From: Dehalococcoidia bacterium
GTDB lineage: Bacteria > Chloroflexota > Dehalococcoidia > Plut-88900
DNA: 64,000 bases
Reading direction: 5' to 3'
Assembly (NCBI GenBank): GCA_965249275.1
Contig: CBDFLQ010000007.1
Location: forward strand, 64,001 to 128,000
Shown: in pieces, positions 49,715-58,607 of the stretch
How the letters are laid out: each line of letters opens with the position of its first letter
Numbering within the stretch: position 1 is the first letter of the stretch
Translations under genes and position numbers: made by a program
Notes under the pieces: model-generated
What the model saw: the letters and a program-made list of their open reading frames with translations, nothing else
What the model was told of the DNA's origin: nothing
The model's database searches: none

Positions 49715-51022
49715 ATGATTTCTCGGGTATCACCGACGCCCGTATTGGCGTCGGATGAGGTTCCCGTCTCTCGCATCCGGTCGCGAAAAGTGACCGGCAA
49801 ACTTCTGTTGATCCTTCTACTGGTTGGGCTGCTTGCTACTCTTGCCTGCAGCCGAGCCGGTCTGGGCATCAACTTCGAGGGTTGGGGTGGCCCGACCTTC
49901 ATCGGCAACTCTGTTTACGTACCCACAAAGAAGGACGCCGATCAGGCCAGCATTCGAGTTATCGATGCGGTCTCCGGAGCTGTTAACGGCATGTTCACGG
50001 CGACCGGTGAGTCCACGTCCATTTACGGCGCACCCGTCCAGGGACCCGGAGCTGATGGTCAAACTACCTTCGTCACGGTAATCTACACCGCCGAGGGTAC
50101 GAGCTACGGCAGGGTCTTCGCCATTGGGCCGGACGGCTTCGACAGCCCGGTATGGCAGTTCCCCGAGATCGGTATGGACTCTGTTGGCTCCATATTTGGT
50201 GGTGTGGCCTACTCACAAGCGACCAACACCGTCTACTTTGGCGCCGACGATGGCATGTTGTATGCCCTGGACGCGGGCACTGGAGAGCCGAAGCTCGGCA
50301 CGGGAGGCGTTTTCTTCCCCGCCGAGGCTCCTATCTGGTCGACACCCATGGTCGAGAACGGCGTGGTCTATTTCGGGACCATGGACGGCATCCTCTACGG
50401 CGTGGGCGAGACCGGTGGCAAGATTCTTGAGTTCAAAGCTGGGGGGGCCATTACCGCAACCCCGATAGTCGAGGAAGGAATTGCCTACGTCGGCTCCTTC
50501 GACAAAAACTTCTATGCCGTGCCCGTCAATGGAGGCCTGAACGCCACGCCCCGTTGGATATACGCCACCAACGGCTGGATCTGGGCCGACGCCCTCTTCG
50601 CCGCCGACGCAAGAGGACAAGACTTCATCTTCGTATCTTCGCTTGATGGCAGCGTACAGGCCGTAAATGCTGCCTCAGGTTCCCCACTCTGGCCCAATCC
50701 TTTCATCGCCTCGGAGGGCATCCGCGGCACACCGGCGCTGGTTAGCAAGTCGGGTGGCGGCGGCCAGTTCTCCAGCCTGGCTGACAAGGTTTTGGTAGTC
50801 GGGTCCAGGGATGGCATGTTATATGGCCTGGACCCGCAGAACGGGGCTCCTGCATGGGAGCAGCCCTTCAACACCCGGGCCCTTGGTGACAGTGACGGCC
50901 AAATCCTTGCGCCTGTCGCCTCCCGAGGCAACGCAGCCTTCGTGGTCACATCCAAATACGATATATTCGCAGTTGACGCGAATACCGGACAGGCATTGCC
51001 GGGCTTCACGTCTCTACAGTAG
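49715..51022 (+). CDS. PQQ-like beta-propeller repeat lipoprotein (BamB-like fold)
   Basis: Repeated VYFG..DG.LYALDA.TG...W blades; lipobox TLAC; start may be GTG 49790. Confidence 0.85.
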   Translation: MISRVSPTPVLASDEVPVSRIRSRKVTGKLLLILLLVGLLATLACSRAGLGINFEGWGGPTFIGNSVYVPTKKDADQASIRVIDAVSGAVNGMFTATGESTSIYGAPVQGPGADGQTTFVTVIYTAEGTSYGRVFAIGPDGFDSPVWQFPEIGMDSVGSIFGGVAYSQATNTVYFGADDGMLYALDAGTGEPKLGTGGVFFPAEAPIWSTPMVENGVVYFGTMDGILYGVGETGGKILEFKAGGAITATPIVEEGIAYVGSFDKNFYAVPVNGGLNATPRWIYATNGWIWADALFAADARGQDFIFVSSLDGSVQAVNAASGSPLWPNPFIASEGIRGTPALVSKSGGGGQFSSLADKVLVVGSRDGMLYGLDPQNGAPAWEQPFNTRALGDSDGQILAPVASRGNAAFVVTSKYDIFAVDANTGQALPGFTSLQ

Positions 51023-51058
51023 ACACCGACGCAGGAAAAACAGGTCTAAAGAGCAAGC

Positions 51059-51976
51059 ATGGGCATAATAATAGACATCTGGGACGCGCTCTTACTCCAG
51101 CCTATGCTGAACGCGCTGATCTTCCTGTACGGCGTCCTCGCTAGCAATTTCGGGTTGAGCATCATTGCCTTCACCATAGCGGTTCGCATAGCCATGTACC
51201 CGCTGACCCGCAAGCAGCTGAACGCCTCCCGAGCCATGTCAGGCCTCCAGCCGAAGATCCAGGAGATCCGGCAGAAGTACGGCAAGGACTCCCAGAAGGT
51301 CACCCAGGAGACCATGAAGCTGTACAAGGAGGAGGGGGTGAACCCCATCGGGTGCTTGGGCCCGATGTTCGTGCAGCTTCCTATATGGATAGGCCTTTAC
51401 CAATCGATCATCCAGGCCATGCCCCGGAACCCCGAGCGCCTTGTCGATCTCTCACAGAAGCTGTACTCATGGCTCCCCGGGGTCCACACCGCCATACCGC
51501 TGAACAAGGGTTTCCTCTGGTTCGACCTCTCGGAGCCCGACCCCACCAAGGTCATGCTGCCCTTGCTCGTCGGCGGCTCGATGTGGGTACAGCAGAAGAT
51601 GATGGCCACCGTGTCCACGGACCCGAAACAGATGCAGATGAACCGGATGATGCAGTGGATGATGCCCGTGATGTTCGGCATGATCACCATCGGGTTTCCC
51701 AGCGGCCTGGCCTTATACTGGGTCGTGTCCAACACCATAGGTATTGCCTTGCAATACCGGGCCGCGGGGTGGGGCAACCTTTTCCCCTCAGCCGACATCG
51801 CTTCTCAGCCGGCTGACGCCCGTTCTGCTAAGGCCGCCGATAGCTCAAAGGAGATGGTAGTCCATGGAGAGCCTGGAAGTGTCGGCAAAGACAGTGGAGG
51901 AAGCGATCGACCTGGCCCTGAAACAGCTCGAGGCAGATCGAGAAGAGGTCGTCGTCGTCGTCGTAACAGAGGGTAG
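51059..51976 (+). CDS. yidC: membrane protein insertase YidC
   Basis: FTIAVR, LQPKIQEI, NPIGCL, QLPIW and GLALYW motifs. Confidence 0.95.
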   Translation: MGIIIDIWDALLLQPMLNALIFLYGVLASNFGLSIIAFTIAVRIAMYPLTRKQLNASRAMSGLQPKIQEIRQKYGKDSQKVTQETMKLYKEEGVNPIGCLGPMFVQLPIWIGLYQSIIQAMPRNPERLVDLSQKLYSWLPGVHTAIPLNKGFLWFDLSEPDPTKVMLPLLVGGSMWVQQKMMATVSTDPKQMQMNRMMQWMMPVMFGMITIGFPSGLALYWVVSNTIGIALQYRAAGWGNLFPSADIASQPADARSAKAADSSKEMVVHGEPGSVGKDSGGSDRPGPETARGRSRRGRRRRRNRG

Positions 51977-52523
51977 AGCGGGTATACTCGGCATCGGCAG
52001 CGAGCCGGCCAGGGTAAAGGTTACTCCCAGGGATAAGACCCCCAAGGCAGTCACCCTCGCCAAAGAGGTCCTTGAGGATATATTCGACAGGCTGGACGTC
52101 GACGCCGAGGTCCGGCTGAGGACCAACAGCCTTTCCGGCAAGGACCTGTCCCTGGACATTCTTGGCGACGATTCGGGCCTGCTCATAGGTCGGGGTGGCG
52201 TCACCCTGGACTCCCTCCAGTTCATGGTGAACTTCGTCGTCAGCCGCAGGCTCAACGAATGGTCCCCCGTCAACATAGACGTGGAGGGCTACCGACAGCG
52301 AAGGTACACGTACCTGGAGACTCTTGCCGAAAGGCTCGCCAAGAGGGTTCGCACCACCGGCAAACCCTTCACCCTTGACCCGTTGCCCGCCAACGAACGC
52401 CGGATAATCCACCTGGCGCTCGCCAATAACTCCCAGGTCACCACCGAAAGCACCGGCAGCGGCAGCGAACGTCGGTTATCCATCCTGCCCGCGCCCGGCT
52501 CCCGTCGTCTCTCCCGTATCTGA
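51864..52523 (+). CDS. jag: Jag/KhpB/EloR RNA-binding protein
   Basis: KTVEEAI Jag_N, KH LIGRGG and R3H ERRIIH motifs; GGAG RBS. Confidence 0.93.
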   Translation: MESLEVSAKTVEEAIDLALKQLEADREEVVVVVVTEGRAGILGIGSEPARVKVTPRDKTPKAVTLAKEVLEDIFDRLDVDAEVRLRTNSLSGKDLSLDILGDDSGLLIGRGGVTLDSLQFMVNFVVSRRLNEWSPVNIDVEGYRQRRYTYLETLAERLAKRVRTTGKPFTLDPLPANERRIIHLALANNSQVTTESTGSGSERRLSILPAPGSRRLSRI

Positions 52524-52577
52524 TCCTGCGGGGCGGGACTGAATAGTAAGGGGAAGTTTAGCGAGAGGAGGCTGAAC

Positions 52578-52889
52578 ATGACTCTAACCCCGAGCGAAAA
52601 AGAAAGGCTGATAGACGAATCTTTAGAGATAATTGAGGAATTGGGTGGGGTGAAGAGTATCCGCGAGGGCCTCGCCGAAATGGACACTGCTTGGCGACGT
52701 ATGGACCGCGAGAGTGAGACCTTGCTCAAGCTATACCCCGACAAATGGGTGGCGATGAGTAAGGATGGAGTTGTGGCAGTGGGCGACTCACTGGAGGGCG
52801 TTTTCAGCAAAGTAGACACTTTGGGCTTACGCCGCAATTCCATCAATGTTAAATTCATTGCTACGCACCCTCGTACCTTGATCCTGTGA
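52578..52889 (+). CDS. DUF5678-like small protein
   Basis: LLKLYPDKWVAM...VVAVGDSLE; GAGGAGG RBS; overlaps the next gene. Confidence 0.7.
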   Translation: MTLTPSEKERLIDESLEIIEELGGVKSIREGLAEMDTAWRRMDRESETLLKLYPDKWVAMSKDGVVAVGDSLEGVFSKVDTLGLRRNSINVKFIATHPRTLIL

Positions 52890-53311
52890 TACTGGGTGGG
52901 TTTGACGGTGACGGATGGCCTTATATAAAGGGATTTCTGGTCCTTCCTCGCCTGGGGATTTATGGTAATGTCCAATTCCTACTGGATACTGGTGCCGAAT
53001 CAACGTGCATTCATCCGGCGGACTCCCTGAAGCTAGATATACCCTTTGGTAGACTCCTTTCCCCAAGTATGTCCTACGGCGTTGGGGGAAGCTCCCTTTA
53101 CCATAAAGAACCGGCCGTCCTTTCCTTCTTAGACGATGTGGTAATGCAGTCCTATAGAATTCACCTATACATTGCCGATCCCACCACCACAAATGCTGTG
53201 TTTCCTTCCCTGTTAGGCCGGGACGTATTGAATCGTTGGCGTGTAGAGTACGATCCAACAAATTTGAGTCTCGAGTGTATAGTGCGTAGCGCCGACCGAA
53301 CTGTAGACTAA
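52886..53311 (+). CDS. single-domain retropepsin-like aspartyl protease
   Basis: FLLDTGA and LLGRDVL motifs. Confidence 0.85.
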   Translation: MILGGFDGDGWPYIKGFLVLPRLGIYGNVQFLLDTGAESTCIHPADSLKLDIPFGRLLSPSMSYGVGGSSLYHKEPAVLSFLDDVVMQSYRIHLYIADPTTTNAVFPSLLGRDVLNRWRVEYDPTNLSLECIVRSADRTVD

Positions 53312-53343
53312 ACAACCCCGGCTGTTAACGCGGAGATTGCGCA

Positions 53344-53844
53344 ATGGATTGTCCTACTTGCGGGACACGGAATGATGACAGATACAGGTTCTGCGGGACC
53401 TGCGGTAAGAAATTACAAGAGCGAACATCCATATTCGGCAACCGTGACCCGATAGACCGGGAACCTCCTGCCGAAACAGGTCCCGTATTTGACCCTTACA
53501 GGGGCCCTGAACCTATAGAACAGGCACCCCCTCCCGACCCCGTTTCCGGATATGGCTCCTACCGTGCCCCGGGCACAAATCCCACCCGGATACCGAACTA
53601 CCTGGTTCCAGCCATCCTGGTTACCCTCTTCTGCTGTGTTCCTTTCGGTATCATTTCCATCGTCTACGCGGCTCAAGTGAATGGCAAAGTCGCGCTGGGC
53701 GACATAGAAGGAGCATTGCGAACATCCCGAAGCGCAAAGAAGTGGGCGTGGCTTTCGTTTGGCACGGGACTATTGATAACTGTAGGGTGGATAATCTACA
53801 TAGGGGTTGGCCTTGCCGGTTCAGACTTGGGTGGGCTTGAGTGA
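53344..53844 (+). CDS. zinc-ribbon + CD225/dispanin protein 1
   Basis: CPTC..FCGTC; PNYLVPAILVTLFCCVPFGIISIVYAAQV...GD..GA. Confidence 0.9.
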   Translation: MDCPTCGTRNDDRYRFCGTCGKKLQERTSIFGNRDPIDREPPAETGPVFDPYRGPEPIEQAPPPDPVSGYGSYRAPGTNPTRIPNYLVPAILVTLFCCVPFGIISIVYAAQVNGKVALGDIEGALRTSRSAKKWAWLSFGTGLLITVGWIIYIGVGLAGSDLGGLE

Positions 53845-53861
53845 ATCATGACGTTGCCGTA

Positions 53862-53960
53862 ACACACTCGCCCAACGTGCAAACCAAGACGTTCGCCCTA
53901 GACCCATGGTTCTGATTTGGAGGATGTCGGATGCACTGCCCAACCTGTGGTGCTAGAAAC
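53862..53960 (+). repeat. 99-bp direct repeat copy 1 (leader, RBS and start of a CD225 gene)
   Basis: ACACACTCGCCC...TGATTTGGAGGA...ATGCACTGC...GTGCTAGAAAC; colinear with 54573-54671. Confidence 0.9.
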
Positions 53961-54263
53961 TATTTGGATGCACGGTTCTGTAGAGGTTGTGGCCAAGACC
54001 TGCACGGATCTGAGCAGATGCCGCGCATCCGCAACTATCTTGCGCTGTCGGTTCTGGTAACCTTCTTCTGTTGCCTCCCCTTGGGTATAGCTGCCATCAT
54101 TTATGCAGCCCAGGTGAACGGGAAGCTCGCCGCGGGGGATATAACAGGTGCACGGCAGGCGTCCCGTACTGCACTAAAGTTGGTAGTATTTTCCTTTTTA
54201 CTCGGGTCGATAATAATCGGGTTGCCGCTTGCGTACATGCTTGTGTGGATATTTACATATTAG
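53931..54263 (+). CDS. zinc-ribbon + CD225/dispanin protein 2
   Basis: CPTC..FCRGC; NYLALSVLVTFFCCLPLGIAAIIYAAQV. Confidence 0.9.
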   Translation: MHCPTCGARNYLDARFCRGCGQDLHGSEQMPRIRNYLALSVLVTFFCCLPLGIAAIIYAAQVNGKLAAGDITGARQASRTALKLVVFSFLLGSIIIGLPLAYMLVWIFTY

Positions 54264-54307
54264 CCAGTGCCCGCAACCGCATGAGTAAAGTGCTGAATTG
54301 AAGCCTC

Positions 54308-54667
54308 ATGCCCAACAATGATGACTATTACAAGTTCCTTGACGTGTCTCCGACTGCCTCTCTTGAGGAGATCAGGAGCACCTTCCGGCGGATGGCGCTC
54401 AAGTACCACCCCGACAAGAACAAGGACCCTTGGGCCGAGACAATCTTCATGCAGATCAATGAGGCCTATCAGGTACTCGGAAACCCCAAGAAACGAGCCG
54501 CCTATGACGCAGAAAGACGAGCCGAGGCCCAACGTGCCGAGGAACGCCAACGCGGCCAACAGGGGCCTCGCTACACACTCGCCCGATGTGCAAACCAAGG
54601 CCTTCGCCCTAGACTCATTGACCTGATTTGGAGGAAATCGGATGCACTGCTCTACCTGTGGTGCTAG
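54308..54667 (+). CDS. J-domain protein, probably truncated or chimeric
   Basis: DYYKFL, KYHPDKN and INEAYQVL motifs; C-terminus reads through the duplicated non-coding leader. Confidence 0.75.
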   Translation: MPNNDDYYKFLDVSPTASLEEIRSTFRRMALKYHPDKNKDPWAETIFMQINEAYQVLGNPKKRAAYDAERRAEAQRAEERQRGQQGPRYTLARCANQGLRPRLIDLIWRKSDALLYLWC

Positions 54668-54671
54668 AAAC
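54573..54671 (+). repeat. 99-bp direct repeat copy 2
   Basis: Colinear with 53862-53960. Confidence 0.9.
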
Positions 54672-55064
54672 GATGACAACGCCCGGTTCTGTGTCAACTG
54701 CGGCCAAAAACTGGAAGCTGAGGAGTCGCTACCCGGTGGCAGTCCTCCCTATCAACGATTCGGAGGTTCCACCTATGAACCTTTCGGGGATTCCGACAGC
54801 CACCCACAGCACATTCCCAACTACCTAGTACCGTCAATCCTGGTTACCATCTTCTGCTGCCTGCCGTTGGGCATAGCGGCCATCATCTTTGCAGCCCAGG
54901 TGAATGGGAAGGTCGCCGCCGGCGACATCGCTGGGGCACAGTCGTCATCCCGCACGGCTAGAACCTTGGTAATAGTTCCCGTCGTAGTGGGAGCGGTAGT
55001 AATCGGCATAGCACTGCTGGCAGGACTCTTGGGAGATCCTCCTCCCGAGTTGATCAATGAATGA
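54642..55064 (+). CDS. zinc-ribbon + CD225/dispanin protein 3
   Basis: CSTC..FCVNC; PNYLVPSILVTIFCCLPLGIAAIIFAAQV. Confidence 0.9.
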   Translation: MHCSTCGARNDDNARFCVNCGQKLEAEESLPGGSPPYQRFGGSTYEPFGDSDSHPQHIPNYLVPSILVTIFCCLPLGIAAIIFAAQVNGKVAAGDIAGAQSSSRTARTLVIVPVVVGAVVIGIALLAGLLGDPPPELINE

Positions 55065-55067
55065 ACC

Positions 55068-55520
55068 ATGTCGTTAAGTACACAAACTAAAGACTTCCTA
55101 CAGCCGATTCGCGGATACGTACTCTCCGAGAGGGCCATCTATGTAGCCGCAGGCCTCTTGGCCCTTGGCGCTGCCGCTATGCTTTACGTCCTCGACCCCC
55201 GGGAGCCGGGCAACTACCCCATCTGTCCCTTCCTGGGCCTGACCGGCTACCACTGCCCCGGCTGTGGCACACTTCGGGCTTTGCACCAGCTTCTCCACGG
55301 CAGCCCCTTGAATGCAATAGGGTACAACCCACTCACGATACTCTCGCTGCCTTTCCTTGCGTATGCCTTCGTTGCAGGTGGGTTGAGAGCCTTCCGGGCC
55401 CCGGCGCCCGCGCCCATCATTATCCACCCCAAGCTTATATGGGCCATGCTCTTCGGCATAGCGGCCTTCTGGGTCCTGCGAAACATCCCTATCCAGCCCC
55501 TCTCCATCCTCGCTCCCTAG
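55068..55520 (+). CDS. DUF2752 membrane protein
   Basis: CPFLGLTGYHCPGCGTLRA...YNPL...LRNIP. Confidence 0.9.
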   Translation: MSLSTQTKDFLQPIRGYVLSERAIYVAAGLLALGAAAMLYVLDPREPGNYPICPFLGLTGYHCPGCGTLRALHQLLHGSPLNAIGYNPLTILSLPFLAYAFVAGGLRAFRAPAPAPIIIHPKLIWAMLFGIAAFWVLRNIPIQPLSILAP

Positions 55521-55552
55521 TCCCGCTCACATAGAGGGGTGACATCACCCCC

Positions 55553-55581
55553 TTGACTGCATAAGACAAATGTTCTATTAT
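55553..55581 (+). promoter_or_regulatory. promoter with LexA-like box and no clear downstream gene
   Basis: TTGACT-17-TATTAT; AAGAC-AAAT-GTTCT at 55563-55576. Confidence 0.45.
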
Positions 55582-55820
55582 TGGGCTGGTCTAGACCCGA
55601 CACCCACCTTAAGGAGGAACCAAAAACCCAGGGGAAGCCCACCAGACCCACCCGAGGACTCAACGCCCAAGCCCATCCCAACGGCCCTCGCGCAGGCCCG
55701 AGGCTCAAGCAAAAGATGTCATCTCCTCATCCCACCGGGTCCCGTGCCCCCTTCCCTGACCCCCAGGCGATGGAAGAAGCCCTGGCTTTCTACTCCCACC
55801 CCTCTCCCGCCACCCCCCCG

Positions 55821-55847
55821 TCATTCCGGCCCCCGAGCCGGAATCCA
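55821..55847. repeat. REP-like palindrome
   Basis: TC-ATTCCGGC-CCCCGA-GCCGGAAT-CCA. Confidence 0.7.
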
Positions 55848-56445
55848 GGGGCAGGGTGCGCAGAGAGATTACAACAAGGGTGACAGGAGCTGTACTCGCG
55901 GACCGTGTGACCCCCATAGAGAACCGTCTCGAAGTTCGGACCGCATTGCAAGAGTTAGCGCGCTACGGCGAGGGGGTGCCGGAGGATTTGCTCCGTATCG
56001 CTCCGGCAAAGTAGGACAAATATAGTTTGGCTTGTGGGGCCACAGCTGGATCCCTGGCCCACGAGATGCCCATAGTGGCATACAGCCCAAAAATGGAGCC
56101 TCTGACGGACATCCTGCCCTGGATCGGTCCGTGCATATAATCGAGCAAAGGGCACGGCCGGCTGCAAGTCCCTCCCTCTCAGGCGGGGCCTGCTCTCCAG
56201 GTCCCCCGACAGCCGGAACACCCGCAAAGAGAGATGCAAAGCCAATTAGAGGGCAAGAGGGCCTCTTCCATCGCCAACCCAAAACCCAACAAACAGAACG
56301 GAACCCGAAACCCCACAACTGAATAGAAACCCGGCGTGTCACTAACCTGCCGAACGAGTGCACTCCCTAGTCCTTCCATCTGCCTAACAGGTAAACTTAC
56401 TCTGCCCCACTCGCTCCCCGCCCTTCCATCAATAGGAGTTCACCG

Positions 56446-57828
56446 ATGCCCAATGCAACCGTGAAGATAGAAAACGTCCGCTTCATCCTTACCCTGGACC
56501 CGGAAAGAAGGATCATCCGGGACGGGTCGATTATCGTTGAAGGTTCGAGGATTACCCAGGTCGGCAAGGCCGCCGACCTCAAGGACGTCCCCGCAGACAG
56601 GGTGATCGATGGCTCTGAAATGGTGGCGACACCCGGCTTCATCAACGGTCATCTCCACATCTCCTACGCCCACGCCACGCGAGGCATATTCCCCGATTCC
56701 CTCGACCCGGTCGACTACTTGGGTAACGTCTTCCGCCTCGCCCTCCAGATGCGCCCCGAGGAGGAGTACAACACCTCCCTCCTCGCCCTCACCGAGGCCC
56801 TTAAATACGGCACTACCACCGTCGTAGACCCGGGCACCACCCGCTATCCCGACTCCTGCATCAAGGCGTACGAGGAGTCCGGGGCGAGAGTCATCATCGG
56901 GGCATCGGTTACCGATCTTCCCAACGCGATCAACGTACCTCTAGTCAGCCTGCAAGATGCAGAGCAATTGATGGAGAGCACGGTCAAGCAGTTCGACGGC
57001 GCACTGGACGGCCGAGTCCGGGCCTGGACCATGCCCGCCGACGTTAGCTCCTCGTCCAAGGAGCTGCTTCAGGCCGCCAAGCGCATAGCCGACGAAAACG
57101 GCACCCGGATGACCATCCACTGCGTTAATTCACCCCAGGCGGTGGAGGCCTTTCTTAGCAACTATGGTAGGCGACCCATCGAGTGGCTGGAGGACATCGG
57201 CGTCCTTGGCCCCAACCTCCTGCTCGCCCACGTGGTCGGCCTCAACGACTCGGAGGTTGACTGTGTGGCCAGGACAGACACCAAGATGGTAATGTGCCCG
57301 ACCGCGGCCGTGAAGATGGGTGCAGGCACCTCTTCGCGGGGCCGTTTGCCGGAGATGATAGAGAGCGGAGTCACTGTCGGCCTGGGCACCGACTCTGCGA
57401 ACAACTCCTGTGTCGCCGAAGTTTTGCGGTCGATGTACTTAGCCGCGGTCCTATACAAGGATGGCCGGGGCTCGACCAGCATGGTCCCTGCGGAGAAGGC
57501 CCTGGAGATGGCCACAATCGACGGCGCGCGGGCCCTGGGGCTCGAGTCGGACATCGGCTCCATCGAGACCGGCAAGAAGGCCGATATTGTCCTCTTCGAC
57601 ACCCGCCGCCCCGAGTGGCGCACCCTGTTCAATCCCGTCAACAGCCTGGTATACAATGCCGATGGCAGGAGCGTGCACACGGTTCTCGTCGACGGCAGGA
57701 TAGTGGTAGCGGACCAAAAGCCAACCTACGTGGACGAGTGGGAGTTGATCCAGAAGGTGCAGGCCATAGGCGCAGACATGCTCTCCCGCACTAACACCCA
57801 CTTCCCGCAGTCTTGGCCCATTGTCTAA
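56446..57828 (+). CDS. amidohydrolase (MtaD/SsnA/AtzA-like)
   Basis: PGFINGHLH, LAH, GTD, ATIDGARALG and GKKAD motifs; AGGAG RBS. Confidence 0.9.
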   Translation: MPNATVKIENVRFILTLDPERRIIRDGSIIVEGSRITQVGKAADLKDVPADRVIDGSEMVATPGFINGHLHISYAHATRGIFPDSLDPVDYLGNVFRLALQMRPEEEYNTSLLALTEALKYGTTTVVDPGTTRYPDSCIKAYEESGARVIIGASVTDLPNAINVPLVSLQDAEQLMESTVKQFDGALDGRVRAWTMPADVSSSSKELLQAAKRIADENGTRMTIHCVNSPQAVEAFLSNYGRRPIEWLEDIGVLGPNLLLAHVVGLNDSEVDCVARTDTKMVMCPTAAVKMGAGTSSRGRLPEMIESGVTVGLGTDSANNSCVAEVLRSMYLAAVLYKDGRGSTSMVPAEKALEMATIDGARALGLESDIGSIETGKKADIVLFDTRRPEWRTLFNPVNSLVYNADGRSVHTVLVDGRIVVADQKPTYVDEWELIQKVQAIGADMLSRTNTHFPQSWPIV

Positions 57829-58587
57829 ATGTCGAAACTAGCTCTGATAATTCGTCACGCCGCCCCCGAGACCCTGGCCGGGAACTACACCTCGGTCCTA
57901 CAGGAGCGCGGCTTCGAGTTCCACCCCCGTAACATCTTCGAGAGTGCCCCTGCTTTCGACAAATTCGACCCACCTTCGCTTGAAGACACCGATCTGATCA
58001 TTGCCATCGGCGGCCCACAATCGGCCAACGACAGCTATCCCGCCCTGCACGCGGAACGTCAGTTTCTTGGAGACGCTATGGCTTCTGGCAAGCCCGTGTT
58101 TGGTGTTTGTCTGGGAGCGCAAATCATGTCCAAGGCACTGGGTGGAGAAGTAGCTCCGACAGGCGGTTACGAGTTCGGCCTGCGCAAAATCTGGGTCACC
58201 GAGGAAGGAAGCCGGGACCCGGTCTTCAGCAAGTTCCGCGTGCCCCTTGTCCCGACCCTCCACGGCGAGTGCTTCATCGTTCCTCCCGGCGCAACCGAAC
58301 TGGCATACGGCTACATGCTCTGCAAAGACGGAACCTTCAAAAGGCAAAGCATGGCTTTTCGACACGGCAACTCCTATGCCTTCCAGTTCGAACCCCAGCT
58401 CACTCTTGATGAACTGAAAGTCTGGAATCGAGACCTCGCCGCCGACTACAAATTGATGGGCCCTTCATTCGATCCGGCCTTTGAAGCCGCGACTAACCTC
58501 CGGGAATTCACAGCCTATTCGCCGATATATGAAGCCCAGTCCAGGGAGATGCTGGTGGCCTTTCTTGAAAATGCGGGCCTGGCCTAG
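57829..58587 (+). CDS. class I glutamine amidotransferase-like protein
   Basis: GGPQSA and GVCLGAQ motifs; FQFEPQ where FQFHPE is expected. Confidence 0.85.
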   Translation: MSKLALIIRHAAPETLAGNYTSVLQERGFEFHPRNIFESAPAFDKFDPPSLEDTDLIIAIGGPQSANDSYPALHAERQFLGDAMASGKPVFGVCLGAQIMSKALGGEVAPTGGYEFGLRKIWVTEEGSRDPVFSKFRVPLVPTLHGECFIVPPGATELAYGYMLCKDGTFKRQSMAFRHGNSYAFQFEPQLTLDELKVWNRDLAADYKLMGPSFDPAFEAATNLREFTAYSPIYEAQSREMLVAFLENAGLA

Positions 58588-58607
58588 GGCCGAGGAAGAG
58601 TGAAGAT

